A DNA stretch of 64,000 nucleotides from positions 24,318 to 88,317 of the forward strand of contig JBBROW010000002.1 of NCBI GenBank assembly GCA_038228945.1, in the 5' to 3' direction. The DNA is from Caulobacterales bacterium (GTDB lineage: Bacteria > Pseudomonadota > Alphaproteobacteria > Caulobacterales > Caulobacteraceae). Within the stretch, counting starts at the first letter, position 1; every line of letters starts with the position of its first letter. The translations under genes and the position numbers were made by a program. The notes under the pieces were generated by a model that worked only from the letters and a program-made list of their open reading frames with translations, was not told where the DNA came from and searched no databases. Below, in pieces: positions 1 to 8,775 of the stretch.

Positions 1-563
1 CCGAACAGGATGTTGCGGAAGCCCGGCACCATCTGGATGTCGAAAGCGACGCTGGGTTCGTGCACGCCCACGTGGCCGGCGTGGACCAGCAACCGCTCAC
101 CTGGGGCAAGCTTCTTGGTAATCAGCTCGCCAGATAGATCCAGGAACACCGTCCCGGGACCGGTCACCTTCTGCAGGATGAATCCCGCCCCGCCGAAAAA
201 GCCGGACCCGATCCGTTGCTGCCAGGCAAGTTCCAGGCTGACGCTCTTCTCGGCGCACAGGAACGTCTCCTTGCGGCAGATCAGCGATTCGCCGGCGGCG
301 AGGGTCCGCGCCAGGATGGTGCCCGGGAAACGCGGCGCGAAGGCCACGTGCCCGCCGCGATCGGCGGTGAAATCGGTGACAAAGAAGCTGCCGCCGGTCA
401 GGCTCCGTTTCAGCCCAGCGAACAGGCCGCCGCCGGTGTTAGTGTGCATCCGCACCCCGTCGGTCATCCAGGCCATCGTCGCCGTCTGGCTGTAGATCGT
501 CTCCCCTGGGTTCAGGTCGACGCCGACCGTCTGCATGACGGTCCCCGATATCTCGAAACGCAT
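1..563 (-). CDS. AIM24/TIGR00266-family protein (DUF124-like); C-terminal part runs off the left edge
   Basis: Absent from the ORF track because it has no stop in the window. My minus-strand translation from the ATG at 563-561 reads MRFEISGTVMQTVGVDLNPGETIYSQTATMAWMTDGVRMHTNTGGGLFAGLKRSLTGGSFFVTDF... and stays open to position 1. This is a typical N-terminus of this family. Confidence 0.75.
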   Translation of the reverse strand, partial: MRFEISGTVMQTVGVDLNPGETIYSQTATMAWMTDGVRMHTNTGGGLFAGLKRSLTGGSFFVTDFTADRGGHVAFAPRFPGTILARTLAAGESLICRKETFLCAEKSVSLELAWQQRIGSGFFGGAGFILQKVTGPGTVFLDLSGELITKKLAPGERLLVHAGHVGVHEPSVAFDIQMVPGFRNILF

Positions 564-648
564 GGCTTTCTCCCGATGCAGCGCACAGCGACGCCATAGA
601 GGCGTCGGCGCCGAACAGTTGACAAGCCCCGCCGCGGGACAGACTGGC

Positions 649-1098
649 CTAGACTGTTGGCTTCATCAGCCGGTCCCGAGCCGCATTGAGCTGAGCCGCC
701 AGCCCCGCCGCCCCGCCCTTATCCGGATGGACGCGCTGGATCAGGCGCAGGTAGGCGGCCTGGATATCGGCGGCGGTGGCGTCTGGCGCGACCCCGAGAA
801 TCGAGCGGGCCTGGCTCAGGCTCATATCGTCGCCGGCCACCTCGCCATCGCCGGCCAGCTTTGGCTTTGCAGCCCGCGTCGCCTGCGCCAGGTAGAGAGC
901 CAGAGTGAGCAGGATGCTGCTGCCCAGCCACTGGCCGCGCACCACCTCGAACACGGAAGCGCCGGCCGCCGCCAGCGCCAGGGCGCCCACGGCCATGCGC
1001 ATGAAGTTGGGCCGCCGCAACCTGGACAATTGCCCGGGCCGGCGTCCCGCCCAGACCAGAATGGCCAGGATGGCCGCGCCGAGCGCCAGGAAAATCAT
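649..1098 (-). CDS. Membrane protein with C-terminal J-domain (DnaJ-domain protein)
   Basis: ORF 649..1296 trimmed to the ATG at 1098 (MIFLALGAAILAILVW...). The upstream part overlaps mipZ and is Arg/Pro-rich. Two hydrophobic segments are followed by a J-domain with an HPD motif (DIQAAYLRLIQRVHPDKGG). Confidence 0.75.
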   Translation of the reverse strand: MIFLALGAAILAILVWAGRRPGQLSRLRRPNFMRMAVGALALAAAGASVFEVVRGQWLGSSILLTLALYLAQATRAAKPKLAGDGEVAGDDMSLSQARSILGVAPDATAADIQAAYLRLIQRVHPDKGGAAGLAAQLNAARDRLMKPTV

Positions 1099-1109
1099 GC
1101 CGCGCCGCG

Positions 1110-1886
1110 CTACTCCGCCGCAACGGCGGGGGCGGCGAAGCCGAGTTCGTGCATCAGGCCCCGCAGCTCCTGGCGGGCCGCCACGTGGGTCAAGGAAACC
1201 TGCACCGGCCGCACGCCGGGACCAAGGTCGGCCACCGTCAGGCCGAAGGGAAATAGTTCGCGGTAGATCACCCGGTCGCGCAGGCCGGCGATGCACCGGA
1301 ACCCGACCCGCCGGGACAGCGCCATCACCCGCTCGTCCACCCGCTTGCGGTTGCGGGCCTCGACGCTGGCCAGGCGGTTGCGCAGCACCACCCAGTCGAT
1401 GGACCGGCCCCTGGTCGCCGCCCGGGTCTTGCGGGCGTCCCAGACGCTCTCGGCATAGAGGCTGGGCCGCACGAGGTTCAGGGTCACCGGATCGACCACG
1501 CCCAGTACGTCGAAGTCTACGAAGCTGTCATTCATTGGAGTGACGATCAGGTCGGCGCGCTGATGGGCGGCCCGCGACAGCTCCGTGTCCGCGCCGGGGG
1601 TGTCGATGATCACGAAGTCGGCGTCGGTGGCGATGACGGCGTCCAGATCAGCCTCGACCGCGATCGGGGCGACCAACACGGGATGGGGCAGGTTCGCGCC
1701 GTTCGATTCCGTCCAGGCTTTGCGATTGGCGAAGAAATGGCCGAACGACTGCTGGCGCAGGTCCAGGTCGATCACCGCCACCCGCGCGCCTTCGTGCATC
1801 AAGGCCGTGGCCAGGTGCACGGCGACGGTGGACTTACCCGCCCCGCCCTTTTCGTTGCCGATGACAATCACGCGCCGGTCGGACAC
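1110..1886 (-). CDS. mipZ: ParA-like division-plane positioning ATPase MipZ
   Basis: ORF 1110..1901. Deviant Walker A VIVIGNEKGGAGKST, then DLDLRQQS, LRNRLASVEARNRKR and GLRDRVIYRELFPFGLT, matching Caulobacter MipZ as I remember it. Divergent panC neighbour. Likely start is the GTG at 1886 (MSDRRVIVIG); the track start is a TTG at 1901. Confidence 0.85.
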   Translation of the reverse strand: MSDRRVIVIGNEKGGAGKSTVAVHLATALMHEGARVAVIDLDLRQQSFGHFFANRKAWTESNGANLPHPVLVAPIAVEADLDAVIATDADFVIIDTPGADTELSRAAHQRADLIVTPMNDSFVDFDVLGVVDPVTLNLVRPSLYAESVWDARKTRAATRGRSIDWVVLRNRLASVEARNRKRVDERVMALSRRVGFRCIAGLRDRVIYRELFPFGLTVADLGPGVRPVQVSLTHVAARQELRGLMHELGFAAPAVAAE

Positions 1887-1898
1887 AGCCCACAGCCC

Positions 1899-1922
1899 CA
1901 AATCAGTTTCGCAAATCAGTTT
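1899..1922. repeat. Direct repeat CAAATCAGTTT x2 (1899-1909 and 1912-1922) in the mipZ/panC divergent region
   Basis: Two identical 11-mers read directly from the sequence, with a 13-bp period, just upstream of the probable mipZ start. Confidence 0.6.
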
Positions 1923-2039
1923 ACACAGCCAGTGGATAGCGCGCCCATCCCTGGCGTCAACGCGGTGTTAAGCATGGCGCCGCTGGACCGCCGCGTCGGC
2001 CTCGGCCATAAGCCGCGTCGCACAAGGACCCAAGCCCTC

Positions 2040-2891
2040 ATGCCGACGCTTCCCACTGTCCGTTCAAGGGCCGAGCTGCGCGCCCGTGTCGCAGCTTGGC
2101 GGGCGGCTGGAGAGCGGGTGGCGCTGGTGCCGACCATGGGCGCCCTGCACCAGGGGCACCTGTCGCTAGTGGGAATCGGCAAGGCCAGGGCTGACCACGT
2201 GGTCGCCAGCCTGTTCGTCAACCCGACCCAGTTCTCCCCCGCCGAAGACTTCGACGCCTACCCCCGCGACGAGGCCAAGGACGCCGAGCTGTTGGCCGAG
2301 GCGGGATGCGAGCTCCTCTACGCGCCCACGGCGGAAGAGATGTACCCGATAGGCTTCGCCACCGCCGTCACCGTGGCCCACGTCTCCCAGGGCATGGAGG
2401 GCGCCGCGCGGCCGCATCACTTCGGGGGTGTCGCCACCGTGGTCGCCAAGCTCTTGACCCAGTGCGCGCCCGACGTCGCCGTGTTCGGTGAAAAGGACTA
2501 CCAGCAGCTTCAGGTGATCCGCCGCCTGGCCCGCGACCTTGACCTGCCGGTGGAAATCATCGGCGGTCCCACCGTCCGCGCCGACGATGGCCTGGCCCTG
2601 TCTTCCCGCAACGCCTACCTGACCACCGAACAACGCCAGATCGCCCCGGCCCTGAACCGAGCCCTGCGCGCCTGCGCGGACGCCGTGGCCAAGGGCGCCG
2701 CGGTTTCCGACGCCGAAGCCGCCGCTATCGAGAGCGTCCTCGCCGCCGGCTTTGACAGTGTTGACTACCTGGAAGTGCGCAGCGCCGAATATCTCGAACG
2801 CCTGGGTCCCGGCGCTATCGACGCCCCGGCCAGGGTGCTCACCGCCGCCCGGCTGGGGCGCACGCGGTTACTGGACAATGTGCCGATCTAA
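2040..2891 (+). CDS. panC: Pantoate--beta-alanine ligase
   Basis: Part of ORF 1563..2891. In-frame ATG at 2040 (MPTLPTVRSRAEL...). Motifs VPTMGALHQGHLSL, FVNPTQF, FGEKDYQQ and LALSSRN. Confidence 0.93.
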   Translation: MPTLPTVRSRAELRARVAAWRAAGERVALVPTMGALHQGHLSLVGIGKARADHVVASLFVNPTQFSPAEDFDAYPRDEAKDAELLAEAGCELLYAPTAEEMYPIGFATAVTVAHVSQGMEGAARPHHFGGVATVVAKLLTQCAPDVAVFGEKDYQQLQVIRRLARDLDLPVEIIGGPTVRADDGLALSSRNAYLTTEQRQIAPALNRALRACADAVAKGAAVSDAEAAAIESVLAAGFDSVDYLEVRSAEYLERLGPGAIDAPARVLTAARLGRTRLLDNVPI

Positions 2892-2960
2892 GGTGGGTTG
2901 AGGAAGATTGGGAACCGGTTTTTCGCCCGCGACCCGCTCTCATTGGTTAGAATCGATCCC

Positions 2961-3374
2961 TTACCAAGCCCCGATCTCCCGCAGCTGTCGCGCCAGTTCC
3001 ATCGGAACCTGCATGGCCCCACCCACGGGGCCGAGGTCTTCCGGGCTGTCCTTGCCTTCCAGATACCGCCAGCCCTGGAAAGCCCGCCGGGGCGTCGGCA
3101 CGGTCAGGATGACAGCGGGATCCAGGGTCACTTCGCAGCGCGCGGCCGGCCCGGCCCCGACGGTCTCCACGGCCCATATCTTCTGCCGGGACAGGATGAA
3201 GCCCTTGTAGACCCGGTAGAGCGAGCCACTCTCCACCAGTTCCGCCGCGCGTTTGGGCGTCTGGCGAGTGCGCATCTTCCACGGCTGGTCCTCGCCGATC
3301 TCGGCCTTCCACCAGTCCAGCAGCTCGTCCACCGTGTCGCAACCGACGCACAGCTTGACCAGGCTCAGGCTCAT
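2961..3374 (-). CDS. DUF1489-family protein
   Basis: 137-aa ORF starting MSLSLVKLCVGCDTVDELLDWW..., the typical DUF1489 N-terminus. Its start overlaps the mccA stop by 4 bp. Confidence 0.7.
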   Translation of the reverse strand: MSLSLVKLCVGCDTVDELLDWWKAEIGEDQPWKMRTRQTPKRAAELVESGSLYRVYKGFILSRQKIWAVETVGAGPAARCEVTLDPAVILTVPTPRRAFQGWRYLEGKDSPEDLGPVGGAMQVPMELARQLREIGAW

Positions 3375-5254
3375 GCCGGTTCCAGGCGAACCAGCGTCAC
3401 CCCCTCTGATACCTGATCCCCCACCTTCACCGTCACCTCCAGGACCACCCCGTCGAAGGGCGAGGTGAGGGCGTGCTCCATCTTCATGGCCTCCAGGGTC
3501 ACCAGGGGTGCGCCCTTGACCACCGAGGCCCCGACCGCGGCCCCAAGGGCCACGATCTTGCCAGGCATGGGCGAGCGGACCGCGCCGTCGCTCTCGGCCC
3601 CGGTTTGGGCGCCGGCCTTGGGCCGCAGGGTCAGTGAAAAGGCCGCGCCACCTGAAAACAGAATCGCCTCGCCTGCGCCGCCGAGATCGACAGCGACGGG
3701 AGGGGCGTTGCTCAAGTCAACCTCCGCCGCCCCGCCCTCGACAAAAACGGTCGTTGTCCGTTGTGGCGGCCTGTTGAGACGGAATCCCGCGGCGCCGATG
3801 TCCGACGACCATGGGGAAACCGCCTCACCGGCGGCCTTGGTCTCAAGACGCCCCAGCGCCGCCACCACCCCGGCTGGAACGATCGGCGTCGGCTTGGTTG
3901 TCAGCGCTTCCAGCCGGGCGTTGATGAAATCGGTGTCCAGCTTCGCCGCCAGGAAGTCGGCATGGCTGACGCAATTGGCTAGGAAATAGGCGTTGGCCCG
4001 CACCGGCCATATCTCCACCTCGCGGCAGGCCTGCGCCAGATCGTGGGCCGCCTCGTCCCGCGTCGGCGCATGGGCGATCACCTTGGCGATCATCGGGTCG
4101 TAGAAGGGCGATATCTCCCCGCCCTGCTCCACGCCAGCATCCGTTCGCACGCCCGTGGGCAGGCGGAAATAGGTCAGTGGTCCGGTGGAGGGCAGGAACC
4201 CCGTGGCGGGATCCTCGGCATAGAGCCGGGCTTCGATGGCGTGGCCGTCGATCTTCAGCTGGTCCTGGGTCAGGGGCAGGGCCTCACCGGAAGCAACTCG
4301 CAGCTGCCACTCCACCAAGTCCTGGCCGGCAATCGCCTCGGTCACCGGGTGCTCCACCTGCAGGCGGGTGTTCATCTCCATGAACCAGATCCGGTCGGCA
4401 TGCAGGCCGTCAGAGGCGTCGGCGATGAACTCCACCGTCCCGGCGCCGACATAGCCCACCGCCTGGGCCGCCCGCACCGCGGCTCCGCACAGGGCCTCAC
4501 GCGTGGCGGCGTCCATCCCCGGCGCGGGCGCCTCCTCGATCACCTTCTGATGTCGCCTTTGCAGGGAACAGTCGCGCTCGAACAGGTGCACGACGTTGCC
4601 CAGGCTGTCGCCGAACACCTGCACCTCGATGTGCCGGGGCCGCGTGACGTACTTTTCCAGCAACACCTTGTCGTCGCCGAAGGCCGCCTTGGCCTCCCGC
4701 GTGGCGCTGGCCAAGGCGGCGGCGAAGTCCGCAGCGGCCTCCACCTTGCGCATCCCCTTGCCGCCCCCGCCGGCCACGGCCTTGATCAGCACCGGCCAGC
4801 CGATGGCCGCCGCTTCCACCGCCAGCCGGGCGGGGTCCTGGTCGTCGCCCAGGTAGCCTGGCGTCACCGGCACCCCCGCCGCCGCCATCAGCTTCTTGGC
4901 GGCGTCCTTCAGGCCCATGGCGCGGATGGCCGAGGGAGGCGGGCCGACCCAGATCAAACCGGCCGCCGCCACGGCCTCAGCGAAATCCGCGTTTTCCGAA
5001 AGAAATCCGTAACCTGGATGGATCGCCTCAGCGCCGGTCGCCTTGGCGGCGTCAAGGATATTGCCGGCCACCAGATAGCTTTCGCGCGCCGGAGCCGGCC
5101 CGATCAGCACCGCCTCGTCCGCCTCACGAACGTGCGGCGCGCCAGCGTCGGCCTGCGAATACACGGCCACAGTGCGCACGCCCAGGCGGCGCGCCGTGCG
5201 GATGATACGCCGAGCGATCTCGCCGCGGTTGGCGATCAGGAGGGAGTTGATCAT
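3371..5254 (-). CDS. mccA: 3-methylcrotonyl-CoA carboxylase alpha subunit (biotin carboxylase + BCCP)
   Basis: 627 aa. N-terminus LIANRGEIARRIIRTARRLG (biotin carboxylase), ATP-grasp core, and C-terminal biotinyl motif EAMKMEH. Operon context with a carboxyltransferase and an enoyl-CoA hydratase. Confidence 0.85.
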   Translation of the reverse strand: MINSLLIANRGEIARRIIRTARRLGVRTVAVYSQADAGAPHVREADEAVLIGPAPARESYLVAGNILDAAKATGAEAIHPGYGFLSENADFAEAVAAAGLIWVGPPPSAIRAMGLKDAAKKLMAAAGVPVTPGYLGDDQDPARLAVEAAAIGWPVLIKAVAGGGGKGMRKVEAAADFAAALASATREAKAAFGDDKVLLEKYVTRPRHIEVQVFGDSLGNVVHLFERDCSLQRRHQKVIEEAPAPGMDAATREALCGAAVRAAQAVGYVGAGTVEFIADASDGLHADRIWFMEMNTRLQVEHPVTEAIAGQDLVEWQLRVASGEALPLTQDQLKIDGHAIEARLYAEDPATGFLPSTGPLTYFRLPTGVRTDAGVEQGGEISPFYDPMIAKVIAHAPTRDEAAHDLAQACREVEIWPVRANAYFLANCVSHADFLAAKLDTDFINARLEALTTKPTPIVPAGVVAALGRLETKAAGEAVSPWSSDIGAAGFRLNRPPQRTTTVFVEGGAAEVDLSNAPPVAVDLGGAGEAILFSGGAAFSLTLRPKAGAQTGAESDGAVRSPMPGKIVALGAAVGASVVKGAPLVTLEAMKMEHALTSPFDGVVLEVTVKVGDQVSEGVTLVRLEPA

Positions 5255-6147
5255 TGGCCGACCTCATAGAGGCCTATCATCAGCAGACCAACCATGATGA
5301 AGGCGAAACCGACCGCCGAGCCGATGAACAGCAGGAACATCCGGATCAGGGCGCCGAATACCCCTAACCGATAGGCGCCCTTCAGGTGGACGAACAGATG
5401 GACCGGCGAGGCCAGGGCCAGCCAGGCGAACTGCGCCGACACCTGCTCCAGGCCCAGCATCACCGACAGCAGCAGCCCCTGGAACGACAGGGAATGCATG
5501 CTGAAGATCAGGTGGTCGAACATGTAGACGCCGCGCCGGAACACGAACAAGACGCCCAGAATCATGGCGCTGATCGGCAGGGCCAGGATCGACAGCCGCT
5601 GCGCCCAGGTCACCAGTTGGTTCTGAAACGCATCCGGATGGGCCAGGGCGTAATTGCCCTTGGTCCGGAACCACTCGTTGAGCTTCTTCTCGCCGGGAGA
5701 GCCGTTCACGTCGATAAAGTCGCCGTTGATCATCGGCTTGCCGTTGTCGCCCTTGAGCAGATTTATCGGCTTTCCTGGACCGCCGATGCCGGCCGCCAGG
5801 AACACCAACACCACCACGATTAGGAACATGCGGAACGGCGGCGCCTGGGGCGCTCGGTGACCATCCAGATAGTCGCGGGTCAGCTTGGCCGGCCGCACGA
5901 GCAGGTTCGGCAGAGTGCGCCACAGGCGCCCGTCCAGCTCGAACAACCCCTCCAGAGCCTCCCCCGCCAGGCGGATCAGTGAGCGGTGATAGTCCTCGGC
6001 GCTCTGGCCGCAGGCGTGGCACCAAGGTCCGGCCAGGGGCGTGGCGCAGTTAGGGCAAGGCGTGCCCACCGGCACGGCGTGCTTGGGCTTGCGACGCAGA
6101 AAACTGACCGCGCCGTCCACCGCCCCCGCTTCGATCTCCTGCGCCAC
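5251..6147 (-). CDS. DUF3667-like zinc-ribbon membrane protein
   Basis: 298 aa. N-terminal CPNCATPLAGPWCHACGQ zinc ribbon followed by several hydrophobic helices. 4-bp overlap with the mccA start. Confidence 0.65.
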   Translation of the reverse strand: MAQEIEAGAVDGAVSFLRRKPKHAVPVGTPCPNCATPLAGPWCHACGQSAEDYHRSLIRLAGEALEGLFELDGRLWRTLPNLLVRPAKLTRDYLDGHRAPQAPPFRMFLIVVVLVFLAAGIGGPGKPINLLKGDNGKPMINGDFIDVNGSPGEKKLNEWFRTKGNYALAHPDAFQNQLVTWAQRLSILALPISAMILGVLFVFRRGVYMFDHLIFSMHSLSFQGLLLSVMLGLEQVSAQFAWLALASPVHLFVHLKGAYRLGVFGALIRMFLLFIGSAVGFAFIMVGLLMIGLYEVGQ

Positions 6148-6189
6148 GCCCTTCCGCCCCCCGCGCCTATGCGATCTGCGCCTAAGCCA

Positions 6190-7032
6190 TCAATCAGCGG
6201 CCCAACTGGGCTTGCGACGTTCGAGGAAGGCTCGCACCCCCTCCTGCCCTTCAGCGCCCACCCGTTTGGCGGCGATCCGCTTGGCGGTCTCCTCCATCAG
6301 CGCGCGGTCGATGTGGCGCCCGACGATGTGTTCCACCAGCAGCTTGGACTCCGCCACCGCCTGGGGCGCGCAGGCGGTCATCTCGTCGGCGATCCGCTCC
6401 ATAGCCACCTGCATCCCCTCAAGACCCTCGACCACCTCGTCGACCAAGCCAATCTCCCTGGCGAAGGCGGCGTCGAACACGCGGCCGGTGGCGAACAGGC
6501 TGCGCGACCTGCGTGGCCCGATGGCCGCCACAACGTAGGGGCTGATGGTGGCGGCGATCAGGCCCAGCTTCACCTCCGAGAACGAGAACTTCGCGTCGGT
6601 CGTCGCCAGGGCCAAGTCGCAGGCCGCCGCCAGCCCGGCCCCACCGCCGAACGCCGCGCCCTCCACCAGGGCCACGGTCAAGGCCGGCAGGTCGTAGAGG
6701 CGCTTGAGCATCTCGGCCATCTTCATGGCGTCGTCGCGGTTGTCGTGTTCGGAGCGCTCGATGGCGTCGCGCATCCACTCCAAGTCGGCGCCGGTCGAGA
6801 ACGTGCCTCCCGCGCCGCGGACGAACACTACCCGCACCCCGTCCGCTCCTTCGAGGGTCTCGAACACCTGGCTCAGCGCCGCGATCACCTCGGCATTGAA
6901 GGCGTTCTTCCGCCCCGCCCGGTTGATCGTCACAGTGGCGATGCCGTCCGGCGAAGCATCCAGCAGCACCAGGTCCGACTGGGCGTCGGTGTCCTTGCCT
7001 TCGACCAGGGGGTCGGCGATGGGATTGGGCAT
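6190..7032 (-). CDS. Enoyl-CoA hydratase family, probably methylglutaconyl-CoA hydratase
   Basis: 280 aa with crotonase-fold motifs (TINRAGRKNAF, FSTGADL, GAAFGGGAGLAAACD). Sits between mccB and mccA. Confidence 0.8.
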   Translation of the reverse strand: MPNPIADPLVEGKDTDAQSDLVLLDASPDGIATVTINRAGRKNAFNAEVIAALSQVFETLEGADGVRVVFVRGAGGTFSTGADLEWMRDAIERSEHDNRDDAMKMAEMLKRLYDLPALTVALVEGAAFGGGAGLAAACDLALATTDAKFSFSEVKLGLIAATISPYVVAAIGPRRSRSLFATGRVFDAAFAREIGLVDEVVEGLEGMQVAMERIADEMTACAPQAVAESKLLVEHIVGRHIDRALMEETAKRIAAKRVGAEGQEGVRAFLERRKPSWAAD

Positions 7033-7050
7033 CAGGAATCCTTTGTTCGG

Positions 7051-8658
7051 CTACATCCGGAAGACGCCGAAGCGCGTCTTCGGGACCGGGGCGTTCAAGC
7101 TCGCGGAGATCGCCAGGCCCAGCACGTCGCGGGTCTGGGCGGGGTCGATGATGCCGTCGTCCCACATCTGGGCGGTGGCGTGATAGGGGCTGCCTTCGGT
7201 TTCGTAGCGATCGCGGATGGGCGCCTTGAAGGCTTCCTCCTCCGCAGCTGGCCACTCCTGGCCGCGGGCCTCCATCCCATCGCGGCGGATGGTGGCCAGG
7301 ACGCTGGCGGCCTGTTCGCCGCCCATGACGCTGATCCGGCTGTTGGGCCAGGTGAACAGGAAGCGGGGCGAAAAGGCGCGGCCGCACATGCCGTAGTTGC
7401 CGGCCCCAAAACTGCCGCCGATCAGGACTGTGAATTTAGGCACCTCGGCGCTGGCCACCGCCGTCACCAACTTGGCGCCGTCCTTGGCGATGCCGCCGGC
7501 CTCGTACTTGCCGCCGACCATGAAGCCGGAAATGTTCTGCAGGAACACCAGCGGGATGCCGCGCTGGCACGCCAGTTCGATGAAGTGCGCGCCCTTCAAC
7601 GCACTTTCCGAGAACAGCACCCCGTTGTTGGCCAAGATCGCCACCGGATAACCCCAGATGCGCGCGAAGCCGGTCACCAGGGTGGTTCCGTACAGGGCTT
7701 TGAACTCATCGAACTCGGAGCCATCCGCGACCCGGGCAATCACCTCGCGCACGTCGTAGGGCGCACGCACGTCCGTGGGCACGATGCCGTAAAGCTCCTG
7801 CGGGTCCATGGCCGGCGGCGCGGGCGCACGCACATCCATGTCGACGGATTTGACCGTATTCAGATTGGCCACGATCGAGCGGACGATACGCAAGGCGTCC
7901 TCATCGTCCGCCGCCACATGGTCGACCACGCCGGAGCGGCGGCCATGGGTGTCGGCCCCGCCCAGTTCCTCGGCCGAAATCACCTCGCCGGTGGCCGCCT
8001 TCACCAGCGGGGGGCCGCCCAGGAAGATCGTCCCCTGCCCGCGCACGATGACGGTCTCGTCGCTCATGGCCGGCACATAGGCCCCGCCGGCGGTGCAGGA
8101 TCCCATGACGCAGGCGACCTGGCTGATCCCCGCCGCGCTCATCCGCGCCTGGTTGAAGAAGATGCGGCCGAAATGCTCCCGGTCCGGAAACACTTCGGCC
8201 TGGTGCGGCAGGTTCGCGCCGCCACTGTCCACCAGATAGACGCAGGGAAGCTTGTTCTGCAGGGCAATCTCCTGCGCCCGCAGGTGCTTCTTCACCGTCA
8301 GTGGGAAATAGGCCCCGCCCTTCACCGTCGGATCATTGCAGACGATCATCACCTCGCGTCCGCTCACCCGGCCGATGCCGGTGATGATCCCGGCCCCCGG
8401 CGCTTCGCCGTCATAGAGATCGAAGGCCGCCAGTTGGCCGATCTCCAGGAACGGCGCCCCGACGTCCAGGAGCCGCTCCACCCGCTGCCGGGGCAGCAGC
8501 TTGCCCCGCGCCACGTGCCGCTCCCGCGACGCCACTGGCCCGCCCAGGGCGGCTTCAGCCACCCGCCCTCGCAGGACCTCGGCCAGGCCGCGGTTCACCG
8601 CCGCCGTCTTGGCGAACGCCTCGCCGTGAATGTCGATGCTGGAAGTCAGTCTGGGCAT
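7051..8658 (-). CDS. mccB: 3-methylcrotonyl-CoA carboxylase beta subunit (carboxyltransferase)
   Basis: ORF 7051..8691 trimmed to the ATG at 8658 ([15 protein letters not shown]...). Acyl-CoA carboxyltransferase motifs ([28 protein letters not shown]). Confidence 0.85.
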   Translation of the reverse strand: MPRLTSSIDIHGEAFAKTAAVNRGLAEVLRGRVAEAALGGPVASRERHVARGKLLPRQRVERLLDVGAPFLEIGQLAAFDLYDGEAPGAGIITGIGRVSGREVMIVCNDPTVKGGAYFPLTVKKHLRAQEIALQNKLPCVYLVDSGGANLPHQAEVFPDREHFGRIFFNQARMSAAGISQVACVMGSCTAGGAYVPAMSDETVIVRGQGTIFLGGPPLVKAATGEVISAEELGGADTHGRRSGVVDHVAADDEDALRIVRSIVANLNTVKSVDMDVRAPAPPAMDPQELYGIVPTDVRAPYDVREVIARVADGSEFDEFKALYGTTLVTGFARIWGYPVAILANNGVLFSESALKGAHFIELACQRGIPLVFLQNISGFMVGGKYEAGGIAKDGAKLVTAVASAEVPKFTVLIGGSFGAGNYGMCGRAFSPRFLFTWPNSRISVMGGEQAASVLATIRRDGMEARGQEWPAAEEEAFKAPIRDRYETEGSPYHATAQMWDDGIIDPAQTRDVLGLAISASLNAPVPKTRFGVFRM

Positions 8659-8775
8659 GGCGGATGGATAGCCTGTTCCCTGCCCCCCCAAAAGGGGACC
8701 TCTCTAACGGGCGGCTTTCAGCAAACCTTTCACAGAGCCTTGGCGCGCGGCCCAACCCCCAGCTAACGTCACTGT

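Noticed and set aside
10-599. Plus-strand ORFs 10..495 and 216..599 at the left edge
   Set aside because: The minus strand here encodes a clean AIM24/TIGR00266-family N-terminus starting at 563. The plus-strand translations are Pro/Arg/Ser-rich noise.
5986-8766. Very long plus-strand ORF (926 aa) antisense to the mccB/hydratase genes. Similar giants are at 49936..52209 (757 aa), 37329..39317 (662 aa), 51825..53621 (598 aa), 43087..44763 (558 aa) and 30110..31336.
   Set aside because: Their translations are Arg/Gly/Pro/His-rich low-complexity strings with no motifs. They lie exactly opposite well-recognised genes. Stop-free antisense frames are expected in very GC-rich DNA.
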